A stretch of DNA of 32,000 bases from Methanopyrus kandleri AV19 (GCF_000007185.1 NC_003551.1:1-32000), one strand, 5' to 3'. Counted from the first letter of the stretch, positions 1-9,238 are shown. A program made the numbers and translations. The notes: generated by a model not told the origin, from the sequence alone.

Positions 1-298
1 GCGTAGCGAGCGGTGTGACGTCCACTATCACCCCATCTACGACTTTCAACCTGACCTTTTGTCCGACCATGTCGGAAAGACGTGCACGTACACTGGGATC
101 GACTTTGAGTTGGAGCACTTCACCATCGCACCGCACGATGGCGGTGCCGTCTTGGATCCCCAGAAGCACGCCCTCGATGACGGACGTCTCGTGCGGTATC
201 TCCGGAGGTGGCGGTACCGGTGAGGCGACCGCCGCCAGGATTAGGACGGGGGTTAACCCGACCGGCAACCGGACCGGCCCCTCATCGAGCGGCGCCAC
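1..298 (-). CDS. Possible hypothetical protein, truncated by the window edge (reads ...GVLLGIQDGTAIVRCDGEVLQLKVDPSVRARLSDMVGQKVRLKVVDGVIVDVTP...), putative GTG start
   Basis: Manual translation of the minus strand gives an open frame with a protein-like composition and a hydrophobic N-terminal stretch (LPVGLTPVLILAAVASPVPPPP). It is not in the ORF track because it runs off the window. Confidence 0.4.
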   Translation of the reverse strand, partial: MAPLDEGPVRLPVGLTPVLILAAVASPVPPPPEIPHETSVIEGVLLGIQDGTAIVRCDGEVLQLKVDPSVRARLSDMVGQKVRLKVVDGVIVDVTPLAT

Positions 299-744
299 CT
301 CTCGGCTCGTCGTAGTATCATCTTGGTGGTGAGGCCGGATACGGACTCAGGTCGGAGTACTTCTCGAGCCCGATAAGCGGAGGGGGGTCGCGACGCCAAG
401 ATTACTATCGAGTGAAAGATCCGCGGATGCTTCCTCACTGCATCGATAAGCATGGACCTCCAAAATTTTTCCCTACCCAGGGAGAACCAGTCGTCGTGGA
501 TGATCCCGAGGGTCCCTAGGTCGTGAGCTGTTAACTCTTCTCCGAGAGGGAGTAACTCGCGGGCTAACTCCTCACCCCGTTGGTGGACCCGCTTAGCCAC
601 TGACGCGGGCACGCGGGCTTCGGACCGAATACGTGTCCAGTGTCTTCCGAAACAGTTCACGCCGAAGCGCAGAAAAATCTGTTTGGAGTAGTGGGGAGCC
701 GTTTTGCGCAGTTCCGCGTACACGTCTACGTCGGATGTGAACAT
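253..744 (-). CDS. Hypothetical protein (163 aa)
   Basis: ORF starts 4 nt after the stop of rtcA on the same strand. No family recognised. Confidence 0.45.
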   Translation of the reverse strand: MFTSDVDVYAELRKTAPHYSKQIFLRFGVNCFGRHWTRIRSEARVPASVAKRVHQRGEELARELLPLGEELTAHDLGTLGIIHDDWFSLGREKFWRSMLIDAVRKHPRIFHSIVILASRPPSAYRAREVLRPESVSGLTTKMILRRAERWRRSMRGRSGCRSG

Positions 745-747
745 CGC

Positions 748-1806
748 TCAACCCTCGGGCCGAACTTCGACTGTCGCGGGCTCCCCCTCTTTCCCGCGGA
801 TTTCGACGCTCACGGGGAGGAATTTCTCCACCACCCACGCGTTCGTCGGGAGGTGCGGATCGACACCGGTTACACCGAAGACCGATTCACCGTCGGCGAT
901 CGCTAGGAATGGCAGGATCTGATCTCCCATGTGCTCGTCAAGGGCCATTCCAGTGCGAAGACGCTGCACGAGCTGCTCCGCGGCCTCTCGTCCCACCACC
1001 TCCGCGGGCTTGCCTTTCTCACCCAGCGCATCGGCACCGATCCTGTTCCCTTGATCGTCTTCCGCCCATAAGACGATACCGCTGCCGGGACCTAGGTGTG
1101 GATCGCGGCCTTTAGGGTACGTCTCGATCTCGATTTCAGGTCTGATCCCGAGCTCCCTCTCGATAATTTCCGAAGCTGCCTTGGCCTGACGCTCCGCCAC
1201 GTGGGGTGGTAACCGCACGCAGTGGGAGATCCCTCGAACGCTCTCCAGCTCGCCGAACTTCACGGCTTCCAGCGGCTTCAGCCGCTTCGGGGGTTCCATC
1301 CTGGCCCTGACTATCCCTCCACCCCGAGGATAATGGCCGCGTCGCAGGACCTCGAGCTCGTACCGGTAACCGAGGCGGTCTAGGTAGTGTGCGTTGACGT
1401 TGATCTCGTAGTCCACGGGCGGTGACCACTTGACGTCCGTCCCGCCTCGCACTTCCATCTCCACGGGCCCGTCGGCGGCTATCGCCGCGAGCTTGACGGC
1501 TTGAAGCAGTAGGGTCACGCTACCCGCGGTACCGATATCTACCTCGTACTCCCCTCCTTTCACCTTCCCCGGCTCGAACACGATCTCGGTCGAACCTATC
1601 TCGAGTCCCTCGCACTCCGCATCGCAGATCTCGGCCACGGCCTTCACTGCGTGTAGGTGCTGGTGTGAGAGGCCGGGACGTGGCCTGTTGGCCCGGATGT
1701 TGTATATCCGGACGGGTTCACCTGTCAGCGCTGACATCCCGACCGCCGTTCGGAGTATCTGGCCTCCACCCTCACCGTAGGAACCGTCGATCTCTATCAA
1801 GCTCAT
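748..1806 (-). CDS. rtcA: RNA 3'-terminal phosphate cyclase
   Basis: IEIDGSYGEGGGQILRTAVGMSALTG N-terminus and HxxxHMGDQILPFLA-like C-terminal region are typical of RtcA. Start placed at MSLIEIDG; the ORF extends to 1815. Confidence 0.95.
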   Translation of the reverse strand: MSLIEIDGSYGEGGGQILRTAVGMSALTGEPVRIYNIRANRPRPGLSHQHLHAVKAVAEICDAECEGLEIGSTEIVFEPGKVKGGEYEVDIGTAGSVTLLLQAVKLAAIAADGPVEMEVRGGTDVKWSPPVDYEINVNAHYLDRLGYRYELEVLRRGHYPRGGGIVRARMEPPKRLKPLEAVKFGELESVRGISHCVRLPPHVAERQAKAASEIIERELGIRPEIEIETYPKGRDPHLGPGSGIVLWAEDDQGNRIGADALGEKGKPAEVVGREAAEQLVQRLRTGMALDEHMGDQILPFLAIADGESVFGVTGVDPHLPTNAWVVEKFLPVSVEIRGKEGEPATVEVRPEG

Positions 1807-1887
1807 CACCGGCACCGGCGATGAGGAGGGTCCGGATGGCCGCGCTCGTGAGGAGAGAACCCGGGGCTGAGCCGGATCTTAACGCCG

Positions 1888-2385
1888 TCACTCTTCCTCC
1901 ATCGGTTTCACTTCTATTTCACTGGCTTCCGCCTTCGGCGCCCTCACGATCAGGAGACCACGACCGCACTTCGCACTGACGGCGCTCGGGTTGATTTTCT
2001 CCGGTAAGTCTATCCTCCGTCGGACCTCGCCGGTCACGCGCTCCCGCGTCTTGGCCTCACCCTCTCGCATCTTCGGGATGTTAGCCGTGATCTCCACGAA
2101 CCTCTCACCCGCTCTGACCTGAACGTCCTCCGGGCGGGCGCCGGGAACCTCCGCGACGATGACGAACTCTCCCGAACGTTCGAAAACGTCCACGGCGGGC
2201 GTGTGTAGCGATCTTATCATTCTGATAAGCTGGCTCGAAGCCCCTTCCAGTAGCTCCGTAATCTCCTCAGGCTCCATTTCCTTCAAGATAGACCCTACTA
2301 GCCGCCCGTCCTCCCGGAAGAGCTTTATCAACTCCTCCGTGGCCTCGAGGCCGGCCTTAGCGCTCCTCATCCCGACCTTCATCAT
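1888..2385 (-). CDS. Hsp20/alpha-crystallin-like small heat shock protein with an N-terminal helical extension
   Basis: C-terminal domain VDVFERSGEFVIVAEVPGARPEDVQVRAGERFVEITA...RRRIDLPEKINPSAVSAKCGRGLLIVRAPK fits the alpha-crystallin pattern. Start uncertain (ORF to 2403). Confidence 0.8.
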   Translation of the reverse strand: MMKVGMRSAKAGLEATEELIKLFREDGRLVGSILKEMEPEEITELLEGASSQLIRMIRSLHTPAVDVFERSGEFVIVAEVPGARPEDVQVRAGERFVEITANIPKMREGEAKTRERVTGEVRRRIDLPEKINPSAVSAKCGRGLLIVRAPKAEASEIEVKPMEEE

Positions 2386-3415
2386 GTCCTCGATCACGCC
2401 CACTGTAGTGCCCCCTCGCCAGATCGTTCAGGAGCTCGCGGAGTTCTTTCAGTCCGGTCCTCTCCGTCGCCGAGACCTTATAAACGGGTTCCCCTTCGAG
2501 ATCGGGTTCCTCCCACAGATCCCGTAGGTCGGCTTTCGTCAGCACCACGTAGACCGGTACGTCGAACTCCTTCCGGACGCGGTCCAGCAACTCCAGCTGC
2601 TCCTCCACTGGATATCCACAGGTTCCGGTGGGATCTATCAGGAAGAGCACGGCGTCCGTCACGTGCTTTAGGGCCGCGATCGCCTGTCGCTCGACCGGAT
2701 TGCGCTCTTCCTCCGGTCGTTCCAGCAAACCCGGTGTGTCGAGCATTTGCACGGGGTACGGGCGCTCCATGTAGCCTACTTGGATGCCCTTGGTAGTGAA
2801 GGGATACGGGGCGATCTCCGGCCTCGAGCCCGTGAGCACCGTCATAAGGGTGGTTTTACCGACGTTGGGGAACCCCGCTAAGGTCACGGTGAACATCTCG
2901 GTGTCGATCGCGGGTAGGTCTACGAGCTTCGGCTGCACCTTCCGGAGGAACCTGAGCGCGTCTCCAACCTTCCTGCGGATCGTCGAAGCCAGTCTCCCGA
3001 ACGCCTGACGTCTCAACTCCGCGGCGGTCCGGGGGTCCCTCGCCCTCTTGATCTTCCGAGTGTACTCCTCCCGGATCAACCTGGCTATCTTGGCGACCGT
3101 ATGCACGTCGGCCAGACTGCTTTTCAGCCTGTCGATGCCCGCTAGCGCGTCCGCCAACTCCCGGTAGAACGGGTGAAGCTCGTCGAGGTTGGGCGTCTTC
3201 CTCACGATCTCCCAGAGGCGGTCCTGCACCAACTGGCACGCCGTGTTGACGCGTGCTATCTCGATGGACCTGGCCCTGACTTCAGGCGGTGTCCTGGTAC
3301 CGTAGAACGATTTCCTGGTGCCTTCAGCGGCTCTCTCCGCCCGTCGGAAGGCGACGTCGATCAGCTCTTCCGGGTCCGGTACCTCGGGCATCTTCCGAAA
3401 CGGGTTCCCGGACAC
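2357..3415 (-). CDS. NOG1-like OBG-family GTPase
   Basis: G1 GFPNVGKTTL, G3 DTPGLLERPEEERN, G4 LTKADL, and a NOG1-type N-terminal helical domain. Confidence 0.88.
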   Translation of the reverse strand: MSGNPFRKMPEVPDPEELIDVAFRRAERAAEGTRKSFYGTRTPPEVRARSIEIARVNTACQLVQDRLWEIVRKTPNLDELHPFYRELADALAGIDRLKSSLADVHTVAKIARLIREEYTRKIKRARDPRTAAELRRQAFGRLASTIRRKVGDALRFLRKVQPKLVDLPAIDTEMFTVTLAGFPNVGKTTLMTVLTGSRPEIAPYPFTTKGIQVGYMERPYPVQMLDTPGLLERPEEERNPVERQAIAALKHVTDAVLFLIDPTGTCGYPVEEQLELLDRVRKEFDVPVYVVLTKADLRDLWEEPDLEGEPVYKVSATERTGLKELRELLNDLARGHYSGRDRGHDEGRDEER

Positions 3416-3489
3416 GGTATCGCCTCCCGTAAACCTTTTTGAGTCGACAGAGGCCGTCCGGCGAGAAAACGGCGACGGGGGTTCCGCGA

Positions 3490-3807
3490 ATGGAGTATAT
3501 TTACGCGGCGTTGCTGCTTCATGCCGCAGGTCAGGAGATTAACGAGGACAACCTACGGAAGGTCCTAGAGGCCGCAGGTGTGGATGTCGACGACGCCAGG
3601 CTGAAGGCGACCGTGGCGGCCCTAGAAGAAGTCGACATCGACGAGGCTATCGAAGAGGCCGCCGTCCCAGCCGCCGCACCGGCGGCCGCAGCGCCAGCCG
3701 AAGAGGAGGAAGAGGAAGAGGCCGAAGCGGAAGAGGAAGAAGAGGAAGAGGAGGAAGAAGAAGCGGAAGAGGAAGCGGCAGCGGGCCTCGGTGCACTGTT
3801 CGGGTAA
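3490..3807 (+). CDS. rpl12: Archaeal large ribosomal subunit protein L12 (P1/P2 type)
   Basis: [45 protein letters not shown]...(E)n...GLGALFG. Internal ATG at 3490 chosen over the ORF start at 3439. Confidence 0.95.
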   Translation: MEYIYAALLLHAAGQEINEDNLRKVLEAAGVDVDDARLKATVAALEEVDIDEAIEEAAVPAAAPAAAAPAEEEEEEEAEAEEEEEEEEEEEAEEEAAAGLGALFG

Positions 3808-3810
3808 ACC

Positions 3811-5343
3811 TCAGAAGAACGCGTCTAACGTCCTCTGTTCACCTCCTCCTTCCTTCTTCTTTTCCTCTCTCTCCTCTTCTTCCTCCGCTTTTTCTACGGC
3901 TTCCTCGATCTCCTTCGCTTCCTCTTCTACCTCCGATTCTTCACGTTTTCTCTCGAGCATGGACTCCATCGCACCTTTCACCCGCTCTCTGCGGATCTTC
4001 CGCAGCTTCTCGCGAACGCGCAACGCCCGCTGATATACCCGCTGAGCCACCTGTGGATCGCCGCAGAGGAACCCGATTTCCCGTTTGGAGAGTTCTAGAT
4101 AGCCGGCGATCCCTCCTAGGATTTCCAAACCGCGATCGGTGGGATTGTCCGCGACCTTCCGGAACGCGATCTCGAGCACTGAAATCACGTCCATCTTGGC
4201 ACGGCGTGTGGACACATGCATGCGTTCCGCGATCTTTTTCGCTATGGAATTCCGGACCTCACGCTCTTTGCGGGTAGTCCCCAGCTTCCGCAGGATCTTG
4301 GGAGGTTGGAACCGAACGAACCCCGGTGGTTTACCCTTCCGGGCCGCGGCTACACCCGACGTCATGAGGTCGGTGGCGTAGACGTACTTGAACCTCCAGT
4401 CCCCGGTCTCTATCGCACGACTCGAGAATACGTCGGCTTTGGACAGGTAATCATACGCGCGGGCGATCTCCTCCGGATCTCGGTACGCTCGAGGTATGTT
4501 CTGAGCTATCCACAGGATCACGTCGTCCGGATCCTCGTCTAAGTTCCAGAGCGCGCGTCTGGCCTGTCTGGGCGGTTTGTTGAAGATCCTACCCAGAGCC
4601 TCGAAGATGGTGATCTCCTTATCACGCCACCCGAGCGCTTCCACGTCATCGGACGTTACCCTACCCGTGGGCCTTGCGAGCGCCTCCAGATCGTTGATCG
4701 CAGCCCTAAGATCTCCCCTGGCACGCTTCGCGATCCGACGCAGGGCCACCTCCTCGTACTCGATACCCTCCCGCTCGCAGATGCGACGTAATGCCTCGAC
4801 GATGTCGTTGACGCGGAGCCGGCGGAACTCGATCATCCGAACGGCGTCACGTAGGGACTTGGGTAACACCCACGGGTCGTTGGCGACGAGGACCATGGGG
4901 TTACGGGCCTGACGTACGGCCCGCGTGAGCGCGGTCACCCCACCTCTATCTTCCCTGGGATCGATCCCGTCGACCTCGTCCACGAGGACTAGAACCCTGT
5001 CCGAGTGACCCTCCACATGTTCGTAATCTCCCCCGGCTTCCCTGGTCATTCGGAGGAGGGAGCGTGAGGTGGAGGCGCCGCCCACGATCTTCTCGATCAC
5101 GTTTCGTGTGCGCTTGTCCGACGCGTTGAGTTCGATCACGTCCCAGCCGAAGTCGTGGGCTAGGGCGTACGCGGCGCTCGTCTTTCCGGTCCCGGGTGGT
5201 CCATGAAGTAGCACGGCCCGCGGTTCCGGAATACTACCGCGCGCCCACTCGTTCGCCCATGCGGCTAGCTCCTTCTTGGCCTCGTCCTGGTTCACCAGCT
5301 CTTTGAGCGACCTAGGTCGGTACTTCTCAACCCAAGGGACCAA
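3811..5343 (-). CDS. rfcL: Replication factor C large subunit
   Basis: PWVEKYRPRSLKELVNQ, Walker A HGPPGTGKTSAAYALA, ELNASDKR, and a C-terminal PIP-box-like QRTLDAFF after an acidic/basic tail. Confidence 0.96.
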   Translation of the reverse strand: MVPWVEKYRPRSLKELVNQDEAKKELAAWANEWARGSIPEPRAVLLHGPPGTGKTSAAYALAHDFGWDVIELNASDKRTRNVIEKIVGGASTSRSLLRMTREAGGDYEHVEGHSDRVLVLVDEVDGIDPREDRGGVTALTRAVRQARNPMVLVANDPWVLPKSLRDAVRMIEFRRLRVNDIVEALRRICEREGIEYEEVALRRIAKRARGDLRAAINDLEALARPTGRVTSDDVEALGWRDKEITIFEALGRIFNKPPRQARRALWNLDEDPDDVILWIAQNIPRAYRDPEEIARAYDYLSKADVFSSRAIETGDWRFKYVYATDLMTSGVAAARKGKPPGFVRFQPPKILRKLGTTRKEREVRNSIAKKIAERMHVSTRRAKMDVISVLEIAFRKVADNPTDRGLEILGGIAGYLELSKREIGFLCGDPQVAQRVYQRALRVREKLRKIRRERVKGAMESMLERKREESEVEEEAKEIEEAVEKAEEEEEREEKKKEGGGEQRTLDAFF

Positions 5344-5348
5344 CGGTG

Positions 5349-7256
5349 CTACCCGCCGGAGTACTCGTTACCGAGTGCGTGAATTCGGGCTAACAGGGCC
5401 TCTAACTGGATCCGCTCGTCCGAGCCGCGGATCAGGCGGTACTCGAAGTCACCGACGGCGTTCACAAGCTCCGGAATTGCCTCCTCCGGTATCTCGTCCA
5501 TGTCGAAGATTTCCCGGTGTACCTGACGGACGACGTCCTCTCCCGACATTCCGTACCTGGTGAGGAGCTCGTGTAGTAGTTCTCTGGCCCGCTCGAAGTC
5601 CCCGTTCCAGGCGTGGTGGATCATCTCCCGCACCTCCTCGGGGCGAGCCGTAGCCGCGATCTGGAACACCGTATCCTCGTCGATCTCCCGTCCGAGCGCC
5701 GCGGCAGCTTGGAGTACGTTAATGGCACGCCGCATATCGCCCTCGGAGACGTAAACGATCGCGTCCAGGGCGTCCTCCGTTATCTCGACTCCTTCACTCT
5801 CAGCGATCTTCCTTAACCGCTCCTTGATGGCGCTCTCGGGTAGCTTGGTGAACTTAAACACTACACACCGGCTCTGGATGGGGTCGATGATCGCGGAAGA
5901 GTAGTTCGCTGCGAGTATGAACCGACACGCGTCGGAGTACATCTCCATAATTCTACGGAGGGCCTGTTGCGAGTCCCTGGTCAGGTTATCCGCCTCATCG
6001 AGGAAGATTATCTTGAACCGGGCCCCTCCCATCGGCCGGGTCCTGGCGAAGTTCTTCACCTTGGTCCGAATTACGTCGATACCCCTCTCATCGGAGTTGT
6101 GCAGCAGGACCGGAACCTCACCCGCGAAGAACATCTCGTTGCCGGGTACGCTCACGTCGTAGACGTAGCCGTCGTAGTCCATGACGTCCAGATCCTCGAC
6201 CTTAACGGCGTGCACGTCCGATCGTACGAGCGTCCTGAGCATCCGGTACGCTCTCCTAGCGTCCCCACGGAGATTTTTCGCATCGACCGAGGAGAGGACC
6301 TTTCGGACGGCCTCTTTCGATACCCGACCGTCGAACACCCACGACTCGAGATCGTCCACGAGGTCAGATTCGAGCCTTTCGACGAGTTTCAGAACCGGAT
6401 CGGCCGGTAACAAGTCGCCCGTACGGGTCTCCCAAACCAGCTCAACACCGTCGTCCGTCACACGGCTCTCGACACCCGAGATCCGGGCCAGCCACGCCAG
6501 ATCCACCGATACGTCCTCCGAGGCCTCGATCACGCCGTCATCGGCTAACTCACGTAGGAGCTCGACCCGAACCTCCACGGGCAGCTCGTAGGTGGTGTCC
6601 GAGACCCGAGATCCGGATCCGACCGACGTGACCACCGTGCCGCCATCGGTGGGTTGTTCGTCGAGTTCCGCGACGAAGCTGAGTAGAAACGAGCCTTCCT
6701 CTATCTCGGATGCCTTCACCGCCCGGAGGCCGCCCTCGTCCAGTACCATCACCGCGTGGTTACCCGTGAGCTCGATCGTTCCGTCCTCGAGGTGGACGCG
6801 CAGGATCTTACGGGCACGGTGTCTGATGAGCTTGGAAACGCGGGCCCAAGTCACCCTGAAGTTCCTATCGACCGTCAAAACCTCCAAATCGCTCACGTCC
6901 ACGTACTCGCCGCCACGATCCCCGAAGTACCAGCTGTCGAGGTCCTCGAAGGTCACCCGGAGGACTTCGCCGCCCCTCCGCACGAGGATCGGAGTGTCCG
7001 CGGACACGGAAGCGTTCAGCTCGAGGAAGTTGTCTCTCCAGTGCTCACCGAACAGTTCCCGCGCTAAGCACAGAGCCGCCGTCGTTTTGCCGGTTCCAGG
7101 TGGACCCGCGAAGAGCAGGTTGGGCATGTCGCCGCGGTTCACGTAGGCCTTCAGACGCTCGACCACGTGCTCCTGGTCGACGATGTCGTCCAGACGCTTA
7201 GGCCGGTACTTTTCCACCCACGGTATCTCGAGAACGCGTAGCTCGTGCTCGGCCAT
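5349..7256 (-). CDS. rfcS: Replication factor C small subunit precursor containing an intein
   Basis: WVEKYRPKRLDDIV, GPPGTGKTTAALCLARELFG, then ELNA-[intein]-SDERGIDVIRTKVK, then IIFLDEADNLTRDSQQALRR and NYSSAIIDPIQSRC. Confidence 0.97.
   Translation of the reverse strand: MAEHELRVLEIPWVEKYRPKRLDDIVDQEHVVERLKAYVNRGDMPNLLFAGPPGTGKTTAALCLARELFGEHWRDNFLELNASVSADTPILVRRGGEVLRVTFEDLDSWYFGDRGGEYVDVSDLEVLTVDRNFRVTWARVSKLIRHRARKILRVHLEDGTIELTGNHAVMVLDEGGLRAVKASEIEEGSFLLSFVAELDEQPTDGGTVVTSVGSGSRVSDTTYELPVEVRVELLRELADDGVIEASEDVSVDLAWLARISGVESRVTDDGVELVWETRTGDLLPADPVLKLVERLESDLVDDLESWVFDGRVSKEAVRKVLSSVDAKNLRGDARRAYRMLRTLVRSDVHAVKVEDLDVMDYDGYVYDVSVPGNEMFFAGEVPVLLHNSDERGIDVIRTKVKNFARTRPMGGARFKIIFLDEADNLTRDSQQALRRIMEMYSDACRFILAANYSSAIIDPIQSRCVVFKFTKLPESAIKERLRKIAESEGVEITEDALDAIVYVSEGDMRRAINVLQAAAALGREIDEDTVFQIAATARPEEVREMIHHAWNGDFERARELLHELLTRYGMSGEDVVRQVHREIFDMDEIPEEAIPELVNAVGDFEYRLIRGSDERIQLEALLARIHALGNEYSGG
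6096..7010 (-). mobile_element. Intein in RFC small subunit (305 aa, starts SVSADTPILV, ends PVLLHN, +1 residue Ser)
   Basis: It interrupts the invariant RFC motif ELNASDERGID. Block A-like start (Ser1), block B-like GNHAVMVLDEGG, block F-like YDGYVYDVSVPGNEMFF and block G VLLHN|S are present. Confidence 0.95.
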
Positions 7257-7314
7257 CTCGACGTCCCCGGGGGATCACATCGCCCGTGATAAAAACCGAT
7301 TCGGTCGGAGGAGA

Positions 7315-8682
7315 TCAGCCGGTCAGGTACTTCATGACTGGCAGCTCCCTCCGCATGCGTTCCATGTACTCGACACTGTCCGAAACGTCGGTGAAAACCT
7401 CCTCAACACGCTCCACGTGCTTCTTCTCCACGACCTCGGACCCTTCCTTCTCCGCCACGATTCGAGCGGGCTCCAAGAGTCGCGTCGCGTACCGTATGGA
7501 CTTCTCCTCGCCGAGATCCGTCAGGTACTCATGAGCTTCGTCCGTCAGCTGGATATCTTGGACTCGGGCCCTGATTCCAATGATCTCGTGGATTTCGTGA
7601 CGCTCGAAGGGCCTGGTTCTCGCGATCAGCATGCGGTCCAGCAGATCGCCCGGAATCCCGTGAGGGGCCTCCTCATCCGTCCCGCGTACCTTCGCCATGG
7701 CCCTGTTAGTAGCCATCACGAGGATCGGGGCGATCTCCTCCTCCAGCGACCTGTTCAAGAACGCGAACGCCTCTATGTCCAGCATGTGCGCTTCGTCTAT
7801 GAACAGTACTCCCGGGACTAAACTGGCCTCACCTTCGTCGACCATCTTCTGGACCCGCTCGTCCACCTTCTGACGGATCTCGTCGGTAATCTCCTCCTCA
7901 CGGAAGCCCAGGAGTCGACCGGCCCGCACGTTGGCCATGTCGAGGTCGTGCAGGGTTACCACGCGCTTGATCTCCTTCTTCTTCTGCACCGGACCTTCCG
8001 GGAGCTCTACCGCGTGGACTCCTAGGAGCTCTTCCTCTTCCTCCTCGAGCGCGTCCTTCGCCCGTCCGAGCTTCGTCACGTGACCGCTTTCTACGTCGAT
8101 CTGGATGACATCACCCTCACGGACACCGGCCTGCACCAGCTGGATCGCTATCTCCTCCGGTACCTTGAACCTTCGGTGGTCATCCTGAGTCTTGAGCTCG
8201 ATGATGGCCCCGCTGGGCACCTCCATGTACGGGGAGAGCGGGTGCTTAGCACGCTCGATCTCGAGGCTTTCGACCTTCCCCTCGATCACCTCCCGCGTCT
8301 CCGTGAACTCGACACCAATAGCCCGCCGTATCGCCTGCTGTAAGAACTCCGTCTTGCTGAGGTTCGTGCCGTAGATCTCGGAACCGGAGATGGATACGAA
8401 CGGAACGTCTTCACCGAGTTCTCTGGCTATACCGTACGCGATCGCCGTCTTACCCGTGCCGGGCGGACCGACGAGAAGGAGACCGTGACCCGCACGCCGA
8501 CCCTGCTTGACCATCTCGACGACTATTCCGGCGGCTTCACGAGCCTCCTCCTGTCCCACCAAACCGTCTCCGACGGGCTTCGCCTTGAGGTTCTCATCGA
8601 GGCCGAGACCGGTGATGTGCGAGTGCGCTCCCGGTGATGTTTCCTCCGTGGAAACTTCGCCGATCTCCTTGATCTCCACCAA
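7315..8682 (-). CDS. TIP49 (RuvBL/pontin-reptin) family AAA+ ATPase
   Basis: VGQEEAREAAGIVVEMVKQGRRAGHGLLLVGPPGTGKTAIAYGIARELG...GSEIYGTNLSKTEFLQQAIRRAIG...GVLFIDEAHMLDIEAFAFLNRSLE. A long insert lies between Walker A and B. Start uncertain (ORF to 8712; TTG at 8682 or GTG at 8679). Confidence 0.93.
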   Translation of the reverse strand: MVEIKEIGEVSTEETSPGAHSHITGLGLDENLKAKPVGDGLVGQEEAREAAGIVVEMVKQGRRAGHGLLLVGPPGTGKTAIAYGIARELGEDVPFVSISGSEIYGTNLSKTEFLQQAIRRAIGVEFTETREVIEGKVESLEIERAKHPLSPYMEVPSGAIIELKTQDDHRRFKVPEEIAIQLVQAGVREGDVIQIDVESGHVTKLGRAKDALEEEEEELLGVHAVELPEGPVQKKKEIKRVVTLHDLDMANVRAGRLLGFREEEITDEIRQKVDERVQKMVDEGEASLVPGVLFIDEAHMLDIEAFAFLNRSLEEEIAPILVMATNRAMAKVRGTDEEAPHGIPGDLLDRMLIARTRPFERHEIHEIIGIRARVQDIQLTDEAHEYLTDLGEEKSIRYATRLLEPARIVAEKEGSEVVEKKHVERVEEVFTDVSDSVEYMERMRRELPVMKYLTG

Positions 8683-8711
8683 CTTTCGGCACCCCCGCCG
8701 ATCAACATGCA

Positions 8712-8723
8712 CTTATATTTATT
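8712..8723 (-). promoter_or_regulatory. Putative archaeal TATA box for the TIP49-family gene
   Basis: AT-rich cttatatttatt (minus: AATAAATATAAG) in a GC-rich genome, ~30 nt upstream of the TTG/GTG start candidates at 8682/8679. Confidence 0.5.
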
Positions 8724-8795
8724 ATTTTTGGGTAGCTATTGAAGTTCGTAATCGTCATTCGAATGGTTTCAAGCAACATTTATCCACGGGATCTC

Positions 8796-9161
8796 ATGGG
8801 GACACCCGAGGGGATAGACGTGATTACAGTGGTAATCTCCGAGGCTCCATACGGTCAAGAACGTGCATACACTGCGCTGAGATTCGCTCTCACTGCCCTT
8901 GTCGAGGGGGAAGAAGTCAAGATATTCCTAATCGAAGACGGGGTGTTCTTAGGGAAGAAAGGCCAAAATCCTGACGAGGTTCCCAACTACTTGGAGCTCC
9001 TGGAACAGTGCATCGAGCAGGGCGCTGAAGTGAAGGCCTGCGGACCCTGCTCCAAAGCCCGCGGGCTGAGCGAGGAAGACTTCATCGAGGGCGTCGAGCT
9101 GGCCACCATGCACGACTTGGTGAATTGGGTGAAGGAGTCCGATAACGTCATCTTCTTCTGA
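8796..9161 (+). CDS. DsrE/DsrF-like family protein
   Basis: VVISEAPYGQERAYTALRFALTALVEGEEVKIFLIEDGVFLGKKGQ...LLEQCIEQGAEVKACGPCSKARGL matches the DsrE-like fold pattern. Start ambiguous (ORF from 8739). Confidence 0.75.
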   Translation: MGTPEGIDVITVVISEAPYGQERAYTALRFALTALVEGEEVKIFLIEDGVFLGKKGQNPDEVPNYLELLEQCIEQGAEVKACGPCSKARGLSEEDFIEGVELATMHDLVNWVKESDNVIFF

Positions 9162-9238
9162 CGGGACCACCTTTCGGACGTCAACGGTATGCGAAAAAGG
9201 GATATCAGCCCCTCGGACCGGTACGGGCAGGGATCCCC

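Noticed and set aside
3439-3489. N-terminal extension of the rpl12 ORF ([17 protein letters not shown])
   Set aside because: The conserved archaeal L12 N-terminus is [11 protein letters not shown], so the ATG at 3490 is the better start.
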